From contig MU061852.1 of assembly GCA_013265495.1 (NCBI GenBank), forward strand, positions 3,751,582-3,815,581: DNA of 64,000 nt. The letters run 5' to 3'. Source of the DNA: Vicugna vicugna (taxonomy: Eukaryota). How positions within the stretch are numbered: position 1 is the first letter of the stretch; the number at the start of each line of letters is the position of its first letter. Position numbers and translations under genes: made by a program. Of the stretch, positions 34,432 to 46,907 are shown piece by piece. The notes below the pieces were generated by a model. That model made no database searches, had not been told where the DNA came from, and was given only the letters and a program-made list of their open reading frames with translations.

Positions 34432-35375
34432 ACAAGACTCTTGTGCCCCACGCACACACACGTGCTCGCAGGTGCGCGCGGACCACGCCGCTCACAAAAG
34501 ACTCAGGACTCATGGAGGACACGGTGGACAGGGCTGGGTCCCGCTGGCCGGTGCCGGAAGCCAAGGGTAGGAGAGGAAAGGGTGGGAGTAGGGCACAGGC
34601 AGGCCCCCATGCCTCACACACACCCCACAGCTCAGATGGACCCAGTGGGCTGGGCTCTGGGGTCAGGGCCCACCCAGCCCGCAAACCCACCAAGGCACAT
34701 GGGCCACTAGAATCCCGCCACCTTGAGGAAGCCCCACTCTGTGTGGCACCAGAGTGTGAGGAGCTGGTTTGGGAGCCTGTGGGAAGAAAGGCTGGGAAGA
34801 CATGGCCCTGTTAGAGACAGCCGTGGCCCAGTGGCCAGGTCCCTGCAGAGAAGGCGGAAGGTGGGGGCAGGTAGGGCCGGCTCTGTGGAAGGCATGGCCC
34901 TGCCCTGGTCCCTGGCAGCTGTGCATCCTAAGAGCTGGAGAAGAGAGACGCTGTGGATGGAAGGAGAGAGTGAGTCACTAGGGGAGGGAGTCAGCTGGAG
35001 AGGGGCTGGGCCACCCAGCATGTCTGGGCCTGCCAGACGGTGGGTGGAGCTGCAGAAGACTGGGAGCAAAGTCAGCTGTAACTGGGTGATGCAGTCCCAG
35101 CAGTGCTACCTCAACAGCAGTAGAGGCTACTGACCACCAAGCACTTTCTGTGTGCCCTGCGCCGGGCAGGGAGCTTTATACACGTGGTCCAATGAAGTGC
35201 AGTGACCGCAGATCTCAGACAGAAGGTGGGAGCCCTAAATCTGGGGGACAGAGGAGGGATGTGAGGTGGACACTGACGCAAGATCCAAGGGGGAGACAGG
35301 GCCCCAGGTCCTGTGGACATGGCAGAAGAGAGTCAGAGATGGAATGATGGCCAGCGGGGGGCTGTCCATCCAGAT

Positions 35376-35580
35376 CAGTGTTTATAAAGAGGGGTTGGGG
35401 GGATTCCCCCAGGTGACACTGGGCAAGGTCTGGAGACACTGTGAGTTGTCCTGACTAGAGGGTGCTACTGACATCTAGGGGGCCGGGGTGCTGCCAAACA
35501 CCCTACAATGCACAGGACAGCCCACAGAGCTAAGGGTTATCAGCTCCAAATGTCAATAGTGCTGAGGCTGAGAAACCCAG
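35376..35580 (+). mobile_element. MER20-like hAT-Charlie element
   Basis: gtctggagaca...gggtgctactgacatctag...cctacaatgcacaggacagccc...aatgtcaatagtgctgaggctgagaaaccc. Confidence 0.9.
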
Positions 35581-36364
35581 GGCTGGAGTCCACACTGACC
35601 TGGATGCTGAGTTCCTGACAGATGGAGCCCGGGGGGACCTCCTACCAGCCCACAGGGTTACAGGTGCCTGCTCTGGAAGGAAGACTTGCAGTCGCTCTGT
35701 GGGGAGGTAGTGGGCCCAAGCCAATAGACAGGTTGGCCCTGGGAGGTATTTCCATGGGTGGCCTGCCCACAAGCAGGGCTTAGGATACAAAGCTGGTGGC
35801 CAGCACAGCAGAGGCTATCCCAGGGGGGTTGGGGCTGATGGGCCCTCAGCGCTGCTTTTCCAGGACTATGAGGAGGAGGGGCGGACAGCAGAGGCCAGGG
35901 TCTAGCAGCAGGGCTTTCTAGGTGTCTGCAAGTCCAGTCAGTAGGCCCTGACCTGGGGCTATGGGGCATGCTGAGCTCTGCAAAGCAGGACAGGTGGAGA
36001 TTCAGGTGGGGCCTGGTTACAGGGCAGGTCCGGGGACAGAGACTTAGGACTGGCCCTTAGACACCAGGGCCCACAGGAACGTGTATGCATGTCAGAGAGA
36101 GGGAGAAACAACTGAAGCCAGTTTGGGACACTCTGCTTCAGGGTCCCTGGCAAGTGGGGCTAGAACTAAAGGAATTCCCACATTCCCCGCCCAAAAGCCC
36201 TGTGGAAACAGGACAGGAAGGTAGTTCAGGAACCCTGGTAGGGGTGCAGGGTGGGCCATGTCAGGAGACAGTCAGGTTCCTGCCTGAGCCCACCATGTGC
36301 GGACAGTGGAGTCCCCATAAACAGGGAGGTCACGGGCTGGAGGTAGCAGCTTATTGGTCAGCGC

Positions 36365-36413
36365 CTGAGCCACCAGCTACAGCAGCTGAGCTACCAGCTA
36401 CAGCAGCTGAGCT
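36365..36413. repeat. 21-bp tandem repeat, ~2.3 copies
   Basis: ctgagccaccagctacagcag / ctgagctaccagctacagcag / ctgagct. Confidence 0.9.
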
Positions 36414-38126
36414 CAGCTCATCTCAAAGAGACCCACTGTCCTGCCTCTGGGCCACTGCAGAGGACGCTGCTCAGCCAAGACGACAATACACAGTTCATCC
36501 ACTTTGGGCCAGGGCCTTCTCCTGCCTCGGTATGGCCTTGGGCAGCTCCACCCCAGGAACTGTGCCCACACAACCATGCCCGCGCAGCCTGCCTGGGATT
36601 CACAGCGGCTCTGCGGGGCCTCTCCTCTCCCTGGTGCAGCCACATGCAGTAAAGGACTTTGTTGCTGAGGCCCAGGACCTGCACTCTCAAGCTTATGGTC
36701 CTCTGGAAGAAGTGCTCGGTCAGGACTACACAGCAGTCAGAATGGTCCTGGATGGGAGGCCGCAAGTAGTTGAGAAGGGTCATTCCAGCTGCTCCCCTAG
36801 AGTGGGCTCATCAGGCCCCTGTACACTGGTCAGCAGCTCTGCCCCAGAGCAGAGTCGGGGGAATGCTGTGCAATTTACAACATTGGTCTTGGCCATTTGG
36901 CCGACTCTCAGGCTCCTGGCCTCCATGCCCGGATGCTGTTCCTTAAGATAGGTCCCCGGTCAGTTCAGGTGAGCCTCGAAGAGCAGGACACCTGAGAAGT
37001 AGGCCAATAGGGACCTCGCATCCCATGCCCCCAGTTCCAATGAGGCATCAGCCACCGTCTCTAAAGCACAATCTGCCCATCACCAAAAGGACCGGTGTGG
37101 CTTTTTGGGATCCTGTGCCCTAACACAGTGCAGCCCCTCCATAAGCACATAGTTGATGGCCTAACTCTCTCTGCTCTGTCTGACCATGTGGCCCTGAAGA
37201 GTGGGACAGACCACTGCCATCAGCTGCCCCACACGTGGCTCTGGGTGGACAGGGAGATAACATTGCGAAGCTGCACTAAGCACTTAGCGTGATGAAATCA
37301 TCACTGAAAGGAAGCTGCAGACACTTTCCTTGACAAATCCCGAGTGGAGGCAGTTTCACTCTTGATGACGCCCATCTGTGCAGGAGAGCAGGTTGGGGGA
37401 TGGTGAGGGTGGGAGGGGCAATGTGCACACAAGACCCAGGGTGTTCTCAGGAAGGGGCAGGTGGCCGGCTTTGGTCCCTGTTGGGCTGTGAGCGTAACAG
37501 AAACTAGACATGTCAAAACAGTCCTCAGATCCTCTCTACCGGGTACCTTTACTTGTGAAAGAATGTGATCCACTCAGCCCCAGCAAGAGCACCTAAAACA
37601 CAGTAGGTGTTCACCTGTAGGGGCTCAAAGCTGCCTGAGCCTGACCCCTCACACAATGGTCCTGGCCGACGACAAAGCACAGCTGGCTCCTCCTCCAGGA
37701 AGGCCCCAGGCAAACCTTGTCAGAGGGCAGGTGCACCTGGCCCGGAGCCCACCCTGCAGGTGTGCACATGTTCACACACAAACGTGCGTACCTGCTAAAA
37801 CACACACAAACACACACAGTCTGCTCAGAAGGCTCTAGACTCCTGTGGGGCTCTGGGCCCACGAGGCAGGACCTATAAGAGATACAAATGCTCCCAAGAG
37901 TGGCTGCTTCCCAAAGAGCCTGCGAGGAGGAAGGCAAAGTCGGGGCGGATGTCAGGAGCTTGCCCAGTGGGAGCTGCTGCTGCTGCTAGGGCTGCTACAG
38001 AAAGAGGCACAAAGGAGAGACGAGGCCCATGGCAGCCCTGGAAGTCCAAACCAAGGCTCCAGCCAGCAGTCCCGGCAGGGGCCACTCAGGTCCACGGAGA
38101 CGGCTGGGCGCCACCCGAGTCCTTAC

Positions 38127-38237
38127 CTCGCACATACAGGTTGGCAGGGGCCGAGTAGCGCGTGCCTGCGGAGTTGGTCGCCACACACTCGTACTTGCCT
38201 TGGTCCGACTCCTCGCTGCTCTCGATCTGCAAGGCAC
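38127..38237 (-). CDS. PTPRF: PTPRF exon (~ex7), Ig2 C-part: [18 protein letters not shown]...NLYVR
   Basis: cgcag|GTGCCT ... CGAG|gtaagg; 111 nt. Confidence 0.98.
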
Positions 38238-41007
38238 CTGCGGGGACACAAAGACAGCAGTCAGGCCCGAAACACGAGGAGGGTTCTCAACAGCATCTGT
38301 GGCTCCTGCTGACCAGAGTTGCCGATATCAGGGCCACACCTGGGCACCAGCGCTGCTTCCAGGAAGCTCTCCCTGACAAGCCTAGACGCCTCCTGCCCAG
38401 AACCAAGGTCGCGCTCTGCAGCACAGTCCCACCCCTCCCGCAGTCCAGTTGGGCCTGTCCACTCGGACAGGGGCTCTACCCCATCCTCCAATTCCACCGA
38501 GTGTCCAGCTCTGGCCAGTACTGGAACCGGTTTGCCAATGAGCATCCCCACTGGAGCATCGTGAGCCAGGCGTTGGGGGAGCAGCCAGTAGACCTGCTGG
38601 CCTGGGATCCGCAAGTAGGCAACACCCTCATCGGGCAAGGCCTGAAACTGCCACCCACCAGAACCCCACAGGAAGGAAGGCCTGGCCCTGGGGCCTGGTG
38701 CCCAGCAGCCTTTGCTCACGGCACCATCCTCCCCTCCAACCACCCCCCAGCCTGCCAGCCCCACCCATTCCGGCTCCTCTCCTCAGCTCTGTCCTGCTAA
38801 AGTGCTTCGACCCACCACGGCTCCTGCATAATTCAGGAGGCTAATGGAGGCTGCAGCTCCCACTCGGCCAGCGCCCTGAGGGGCTGCTCTGGCCGCGAAC
38901 TGACAGACAGGAGCTGGGACTGGGTGGGGAGGTGCTGAAAAGAACCCTCACAGAGGGTGGAGGGAAGGGTCCTGACAGGTCCAGGTTGGGTGGGCCAAGG
39001 TGAGGGGTAGGGGATAGGGGTGAGACCAGTCGACTTGGCCATTCTTGCCCTGACAGTAAACACTTGAAAACACTGCTGGTGAGCACACACTGGGCAAGCT
39101 GTCTGTGACAGGAACACCCGGAGGCACAGGCAACACCCCCGCCCCCTGGAACAAGCTGACAATCACACCCACACAGGACGGTCCAACGGACAGTTAATAA
39201 CCCCACAGGACACAGCCTGACAGCAAACCACCATCTGCAGACCTACCCCTCCCAGAGCCCAGGCTGGCTGATGGTCACACCCACACAGGACACAGACAGA
39301 ACTGCCCGACCCCATCTGACCGGACTGGACAGGAGCCACAGGAAGAGTTTCAGGCCACGCTTTCAGGCCCAGGCCCCAGGAGAGGGCCACCTAGGGTCTG
39401 AGCTATAGCCCCTTCACTGCCTGACACCCCTCTTCCACCATCCAGACCCAGGGCAACAGGAGGGGCCGTGAACAACCAAGAGGCTGGGAGCTGGGAGTGG
39501 GGGAGAGGGATGCCCAGGCTTCACCCTGATACAGGGAAAAAGGGCTGGCCTGCCCTGTGGTTCTGGCCTCAGCCCTCCCCACCAGCACCAGGGAGCATGA
39601 GGGCCCAGGGCACGTGCCAAATACCCATCTCCAGCGAGCACAGCCTTGATGGGCACCCAACAGGTCATGTTTATGGGATGGATGGACGTTGTTACAGAAA
39701 ATGTTCATTCAAGCAGGAGGAGGGGGGTCAGAACCCTGGCAGAGGGGAGGTGGGCCACACTAAGGTCAGCTCTGCTGGGAGTAGGAGACCTGGCAGCTGG
39801 TGCCACAGGCGGAGACAGAAAGCAGTACCTGGGTGGGACCCTGGCTGGAGAAGGAGGCTCTCCTGCATTGAGAGCCAGGACTGGTCAGGGGACCCAACAC
39901 AGACCCCAAGTCTACTGCACACGGAAACCCCCAAATCTGGAATCAACACCAAGATCCAGCAGTGGGGGCACTGAAGAGACAGCGAAGGCTGAAAGGATGG
40001 GCGGGGAATCTGGAGGGTGAGTCCTGTCCTCGCGGGGTGAAGGACAAGGTGCCCCACAGGGAAGCAGCTGCTCCTCCCAGCCCCATCTTCTGTTTCGAGA
40101 GCAGCCTGGCCCCGAACTCTGAGGGTAGAGATGTGCCCAAGGACACTAAGAGGTGGGGAGAAAATGATGTTACTAAAATCATATGGAAGCGACCAATTTA
40201 CAGGATGTCTGCTCTGGGCCAGGCAGTGCCCAAATCCTCTTCCTCTTCCCTAATCCTCAAGACTCCATGAGGTGGGGCCCTGGCTGCAATTGGAAAGGGA
40301 GGAAACAGACTTCTGAAAGAGAAATCAAGTTTTTGAAGGTCACACTGGAGGTGGGTCAGACTTGAACCCGGATCTGAGTCCAGTCTGGGCTTTGGAACCC
40401 CAGGCTGCAGGGTCCTGCTGCATGAAAGCAGCTGGGGCTAACAGGTCAGGGGGTCTGGTTACCTAGGACCCTGTTTATTTCTGTTGTTATCCTAGCCTCT
40501 ATACTCAAGTCTTAACTGCATGTTCCTCCTAGTGCTTGCTGGGCTGAGGGATTTACAGGAGGATCCAGGGCCAGGATGTTAAGGAGGAATTAGTAATAAC
40601 TGAAGGCCCCAAGACAAAGGAGGTTCTCGAGAGGAAAGGCAAGGCTGGGTCATGCTCCCTCACCTCATGGGAAGACTTTCCATCTCCCACCAGCCTGGGG
40701 AACCCGGGCTTGGCTTCCCTGCAGGAGTAAACACAGCCCCTTCCGTGGGGCTATCCAGCCCCACTGCAGGGATCAGCCAAGTAGCTCCACAATCCAGACT
40801 TGCAATGGATGAGTCCACAGGAGGGGATGACTGAGAGTGGATGTGTGTGGTGGCCGGTGGTGTTGAAGGGGCTGGAGCTGGAGATGAGAACGCTGGAGAG
40901 GTCGGGATGGGGATGGGGGAGGTGACGGACTGGACTGGACGGGATGGAGTGGTGGTGACAGCAGTGGCGAGGCGTGGTGTGGCAGGATGCACGGACAGCA
41001 TTCTTAC

Positions 41008-41025
41008 CTCTGATTGGTGAACCAC
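41008..41025 (-). CDS. PTPRF: PTPRF micro-exon meA, 18 nt (adds GGSPIR in Ig2)
   Basis: gccag|GTGGTTCACCAATCAGAG|gtaaga; phase 1-1; upstream TACTAAT branch-like site, pyrimidine tract and TGC; peptide resembles PTPRD meA6 GGTPIR. Confidence 0.93.
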
Positions 41026-41894
41026 CTGGCGAGGTAATTTGAATGCAAATAAGATCAGAGAGAAGCATTAGTACAAAAGGAAGGAAAGCTACAGAAAGCC
41101 AAATCAGATAAAATAAGACAAGAGAGAGGGCCTTAAATACATGGAGAAACTGAGGCCTGGCTTCAGCCACAGCAGGTGATGTGTGAGCAAGCACCAGGCT
41201 GAGTGTAGGCAAAGCTGTGTTCCCACGTCACTGGCACTGCTCTGAGGAGGGGGAGTGAGGCTGGGTGAGCAGGGCTAGGGGTGACGGGAGTGAGGACGCT
41301 GAGTCAGGGCTGCTGCAGACCCCACATACACTGGTGCAGGTCATCAGAGAGGGAAGGGGAAGAGAGGACGTAACAACCCCACCCTGCAGGGACTCCCAGA
41401 TTCCACAGGTGAGTAGGATTTCTGAACAGAGCACTTACCAAAGCAAAGCAGGGAGTTGAAGCAACAGAAGAAATGGCTAGAAGAAGGCTCACCTCAGGCA
41501 ATCACCAGCCCAGCACCCCCACAAACACACACACCAGCCCCCTACTCACGACCCGACCCAGTGGCAGACCCCCTGTAACGCCACTCAACCTTGCTAAAAA
41601 ACTGAGTGACTGCAGAGTCCCCCGGACCTGATTGGTGAGAGCCAGAGGCCAGAGCCCCCTGCCAACCCCCGCCTGTTTGATGCCTTGTAATCCTGGGAAT
41701 CAGCAGCCAGGAGGGCCAGACGTTCACCCTCCAAATGCCTGATGCGGGGCTACTGTAAAGTCTGGACAAGCCCCTTCCCAGCAGGGACCCCTCTTCTACC
41801 ACTGCCCCATCCAGAGGACTGACAGGCCATGGGCAGGACCAGGTCAGCCCTGTCCACCCTTCACCTTCTGGGGGAGGGATGTATGCTGGGAAAC

Positions 41895-42060
41895 AGTGAT
41901 CACTGTCTCAGTGAACCTGGCAACATCCACCCGGGGGAGTTATCCACCTCAGCAAGAATGAGGAAACAGGCTGAGGAACATTAAGTGACCTGCCCAAAGC
42001 CCAAGGTCACACAGCTTTGTAAGGGAGGTGGCAGGAACGAACCAGGTTTGGCTCGCAGCC
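41895..42060 (-). mobile_element. MIR fragment
   Basis: atgaggaaacaggctgagg..attaagtgacctgccc..aggtcacacagct. Confidence 0.8.
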
Positions 42061-42174
42061 TTCCACCAGACCAGGCCGCCTCCTGCAGAAAGAGCAGCTG
42101 GAGAGAAGGTAAAGGTGGTTGCTGGTGCCTGGGCTGTGTGAGGCGTGCAGAGACTGTCTAGGAAGAATCATCGT

Positions 42175-42660
42175 CATGGTGATCCTCCAAGAACCGTACC
42201 TGACCTTCAGGGCCCCTGAGGCCCTTACAGAGGTCCACAAGGTCAAAACTATTTTCATAATAGTAAGAAACTTTTTGCCTTTTTCACTCTTGTCCTTTCA
42301 TGAACATACAGTGGAGTTTTCCACAGGCTTCAGGATGTGTGATGTTGCAATAGACCAAACGCAGAAGCAGATATGAAAATCCAGCTGTTCTGTATTAAAC
42401 TCCAGATTATAGAGATTTGTAAAAAGTGTAAAACAGGGCCACTCCTCTCACTAAACACTTTTGATTTACAAAATATAATTATTTTTCATTAAAAAAGTTG
42501 TTTATGTTAACATGAATGAATTTTAAAATTATTTTACAGTGGATTAAAAATATTTAAATTGTCTCAGTCTTAATAATATGCCAAGTATCGATAGATAAAA
42601 CCCACACAAACAAAAGCTCTTGGAGGTCCTCAGAGGTCCTGAGACCAAAAAGTTGACACT
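42175..42660 (+). mobile_element. hAT-Charlie non-autonomous element (Charlie4a-like)
   Basis: aggtcaaaactattttcataata...gcagaagcagatatgaaaatccagctg...atcgatagataaaacccac...aaaagctct...cctgagaccaaaaagtt. Confidence 0.8.
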
Positions 42661-44429
42661 GCTCATCTACCCTATACGGTCCAGGCCTGACCCAGGAAAG
42701 GGAGGGGTGGCAGTAATAAGTAGATGCTCCGGAGCTGGGACCTCAGCCCCTCCGAAACCTAGTCTGCTGTGTGATGAGTCTCTGGGCCTCTCAGAACAGT
42801 CGTTTCCCCACTAAATCGCAAGAAGAACTTGCCTTTTCCATTTCCTGAGATGGCTGTAGGAGACAACAGGGTCCCTTGGAACCTGCACTGGCCGAGAGCT
42901 CAGACGAAAGGGTCTGCCATTGACAGTGCACCCTCCTGGCAGACTGGCTGATGGTGGGATGGAGTGGGGGCTGCAGGCTCAGGCCCACCACGGAGCCCAC
43001 CCTGCACTTCCCTCTGAGTCCCATCTGCTGGGGCAGCAGGCCACTTCCCACAGTCAGGTGTCTCTGGATGAGCATGTGGACAGCTGTGTCGGTGGTCCTC
43101 CATGGTGATGGGGCGTGCACACTCAGGTGCTGGGATGAGCGGTCAAGGGGGAGGTGGCTGAGCTCGGGGCCAATAGCAGCAGCTAAGAACCCCACTGGGA
43201 GGTCAGCCCCGTTCACTTCTCCGGCGATGCTGTGTGCTCTTGACTAATTTCGTCTCTCCCCAAGCTGTGCCCACTCCTCCAGGGCCCACACTGGGTCTCA
43301 AGTTCAAATCCTCCAAGATGCTCAGGTTGTGGGAGAAGGTCACATCACTTTGGGGAATAAAGCGTCTGTTGAGCAGGGGTCCTGAGACAGCCCTCCTCTC
43401 CAGCTCCTGTTCCAGGGGCCATGCCGTGGTGACACCTGTTGGAGCTCAGCCCACGGATGCCTGAGAGTTCTGGGTACCAGTCAGGGAGGGCCTAAGGTAC
43501 AGAGAGGATGGGCTCTGGTGCTCTGGTGCCCTAGAAGCTTCCAGGTTTGGTGGATATGATAGTAGAAGGCCCCTGGGTGACATCCCAGGGGAGCTCCCTG
43601 GCCTCAGATCTCCAAGTGACCCTGGGTAACTCCCTAACTCAGCTGGAAAGAAGGCATGATGATCACAGCCTGTCCCACTTCTCAGGGTTGCAGGAGACTC
43701 AAGTGCGACCAAAGGCAGGAAAGCACTTTGTAAACTGCTGGTGATGCGCAAACCATGAAGCCCCTGCAAAGCCGAGTGTTCGGGGGCCCGAGTCCTCTCC
43801 ATCAGGGATGCCCCTGTCAAATGCGCATGGAACTGCTCCAGCACCTTCCTAAATGGTAAAAAGCCATTTAGGGGTCAACGGTCAGGGGCCACGGTCAGGT
43901 AGTGACGGAGGGAGCCCTGTCCTTTACTGCAGAGCGGGGATGATTAAGGGCCGTCAGGTGCTATCCCAGGAGCTAGACCTTGAGTCCAGTGCCCTGAGGT
44001 CACAGCTCCTATGGGGCAGGAAAGATCAAATAAGTCTTCCCTGGACCTGGGAAGCAGGGGGAATGGACGTTAGTCTGCAAGGACAGGGCCCAAAGGTCAG
44101 GTTCAGGGAATCATGCATCAGCAAGGGCTCAGAGATACCCGTCCTATAGCTGGGCTGGTGCTGAGGGGGCCCTCACAGAGGGGAGCCAGCCCGAGGCCCT
44201 TCCTGCAGGGTGCCCAGCCTAAGTGAGGAGAGCTGGAGTCAGACGGTGATAGTATAAAGCAGGATGAGTCCTGAAGGAGTGGGCCTTAGGTAGAGAAGGG
44301 GGAGCTTCACATTCTAGTGACTGTGAGTGGAGGGTAAGGATGTGGTCAAGGGGCTCAGTGCAAGTTGGAGAGTGGCTGGAGCTGCGAAGAGCCCGATTCA
44401 CAGAGCCCTCATCATACACCAGTCAACTA

Positions 44430-44560
44430 AAGCTCTCATTGCCATTGTCTTGCTTAATCCTCACAGTAACTCTTTTTTAAAGATCAGAAAACTGAAGCGT
44501 AAAAAAGTTAAGTAACTTAAGTGAGGCCACAGAGCTAGTAAGTGATGCAGCTGGGACCTG
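44430..44560 (-). mobile_element. MIR fragment
   Basis: ttaatcctcacagtaac...aaaactgaag...gttaagtaactt...cacagagctagtaagtg. Confidence 0.75.
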
Positions 44561-44699
44561 ATGAGATAGAGCTGGAGATGTAAGCTAGGACAGAGCAAGA
44601 AGGGTTCTGTGTGCCTTGTTCAGGGGCATGCACCTGACCGTGGAGGCAGCCAGATGCTACTGAGGTCATCAGAGCACAGAGCGCACAGGCAGAAAATGC

Positions 44700-45130
44700 T
44701 GCCAGTGCTGCAGGATGGATTAGACAGGAGAGCCTGGAGGCAGAGAAAGCAGTGTTTATTGACCTGGGATAAGGAGGCAGATGGAGATAAGGGGACCAAC
44801 TTGAGAGCCACGTGGATGAAGGATCAAGAGGATTTGGGGGTTCCTTAAATAGAGGAGGATTTGGGGTGTGTCCTATATTTCGGGTTAGAGGGGCTGCCAC
44901 TCACAGAGAGAGGGTCAGTGGGAGAAGGGCACGACTGTTTGGGAAGGAAGTTACCACACATCTTCGTCAGAGTGACAACCAGAAGGAAGATGGGATTTTA
45001 GTCTAGAGCCCCAGCAAGGTATTTGGGTCAGAGAGATAGAGCTGGGAGTTGCAGGCATGGAGCTGGTACTTGAAGCTATAGGAGTGGGTGGGCTGGCCCG
45101 GGGAAGGGCTCTGTCCATGGGACAAGGGCA
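44700..45130 (-). mobile_element. L2 fragment, reverse orientation
   Basis: ggagagcctggaggcagaga...gagatagagctgggagttgcaggcatggagctggtacttgaagc. Confidence 0.6.
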
Positions 45131-46718
45131 GGGTTTGCAGGCTCCCCGGCTGGAAGAATGAGCAGAAGAGGCTGCCTGGCAGCGAAAGGGCACTCAGAGG
45201 AGCAAGAGGGAAGCCAGGGAGACATGCAGAGAGTGGCTGAGAGGAGGGAGGGGCGTCGGCCGAGGAGTCCAAGGTGGAGCAGCGCCTAGTGGAGCCCTGG
45301 GCCGGAGCTGACTCCCAGGGTGGTGAATGAGTGGCACCAGGCCCGGCACAGGGAAGGCACAACATAAACACTTAACGAAGGAACGCTCGAGACAGCGTGC
45401 CTTCCCAGAACTGCTACCACTGGCTTCATGCTGTTCCGGGTGGAGGCCAGGCCTGCAGGGAGGACCATCTGGCTGCTGGGGGAGTGTGCCTAGAGGGCTG
45501 TGGGGAAACACAGAGGGGCCGAACCGTGGCGGCCGCTGTGCCGTGCTGGGCAGCGGCCGCAAACGCTGGCGGACTGTTTCCTGCCTTGATTATGGCTGTT
45601 TTAATTAACTGCGCTACAGCTGCCTCCATCTTGTTGAGTTTTAATTAAATTAAATGAGCTAACACTTCGTGGGTTGTCTCAGGCGGCCGTGGCTGGAGCC
45701 AGAATCCCGCCCTGCTGGGCAGCTCATCTCTTCCTCCTCCCTTGGGCACCACGGGGACGCCCACCTGGTGGGAGTTGGTGAGAAGAGGCTGGCACCCCAG
45801 GGAGTGGTGGGGCACCTCTGCTGCCTGCAGGGTCCTGAGAGGGGCAGAGTCGTCCTCCTTTGCGGTGTTGACATCACAGCTGATGGGCAGCTGGGGCTCT
45901 GGCCAGTGCTGGCCATCCTGCCTGGGCCCACCATCCCACAGCTAGCAGGAGGGCTTCTGGACCAAGGTCTATCCGTCCAGCCTATGCTGGTGGCAGATGC
46001 AGAAGTGAAGCTAAGCTGATTCCAAGGCTCCTTTCCCGCCTGTTACGTTTCCACAAAAACTGAATCAATGATCCTGGCGGGAGCCTTGCAGGCAGATCGA
46101 TCGATGGGGCGACACCTCCTGCCTGCTCACGGCAGCATCCTTGCTCACAGGGCTCCAAGCTGGCTCGGTTGAGACATCCAGAGGAGACAGGTGGCTCTGG
46201 TGGCCGAAGGATGGCAGCACGTCCCCCTGCTCCAAGCCTCTGAGGTCCAGCCTTTTGAAGCCTGATGAATCAGGCATCTTTGGCCTCTTTCCCTGCTGTC
46301 TGGAGAAGCAAAGAGACCATCATCCAGGCCCCTTCTCAGGCCAGGCTCCAGGGAAGGAGGAGGATGCATGCCCAGAGCACCTTCACAAAGCCCAACACCA
46401 GGCTGGGGATGACACTCGTGCCTCATGGAGAAGAGGTGGACTGAAGTCCGGAGTCTGACAAAGCCAGGAACGTGTAAGAATCGTTGATGACCAGCCCTCG
46501 CTGCCAACCTTTCTTCCCCGGCAGGCCGGGTGGGCCAACAGCAAGATCTGGCCCACCCACCAGGCAACCTCTGCTCAGCCCTGGAAGGCCAGGCCCAGGC
46601 TGAGGCCTCCCGTGGCTCCCAGGCCCCTGGGCCCAAGAGGGAAGGCTGTGCTGGTTCTGGCTAGATGGATGCCTTTCCTGAAGTCTGCACGGCCCCTTGA
46701 CCCTCGCCCTCTGCTCAC

Positions 46719-46907
46719 CTGAACGCAGCTGCTTGATGCGGCCATTGCTCGTGGCAGGGTCCACAGGGAGGAAGTCCTTGAACCAAGAGATCTCAGGGTC
46801 TGGATTCCCGCCTGCTGCACACAACATGGTGGCTGTGCGTGCCTTCTCCACCACCTTCAGCTGAGGCCCCATGTCGATGGTGGGGAACCCGGAGGGCAGC
46901 TGTTCCT
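46719..46907 (-). CDS. PTPRF: PTPRF exon (~ex6), Ig2: [16 protein letters not shown]...IKQLRS
   Basis: ctgcag|AGGAAC ... TCAG|gtgagc; 189 nt. Confidence 0.98.

Noticed and set aside
36085-36951. 288-aa plus-strand ORF containing the 21-bp tandem repeat
   Set aside because: No recognisable protein family, intronic and antisense; the repeat length of 21 preserves frame by chance.
3249-39291. Three unrelated direct repeats with similar spacing (114, 112 and 112 bp at 3249, 15756 and 39163)
   Set aside because: The repeat units share no sequence, there are no arrays of unique spacers, and three cases picked by eye from 64 kb are compatible with coincidence; not CRISPR-like.
41440-41480. Exon-like unit ttctag|38 nt|gtaagt upstream of meA
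   Set aside because: 38 nt breaks the frame and the body looks like a pyrimidine tract; no support as a meA3 equivalent.
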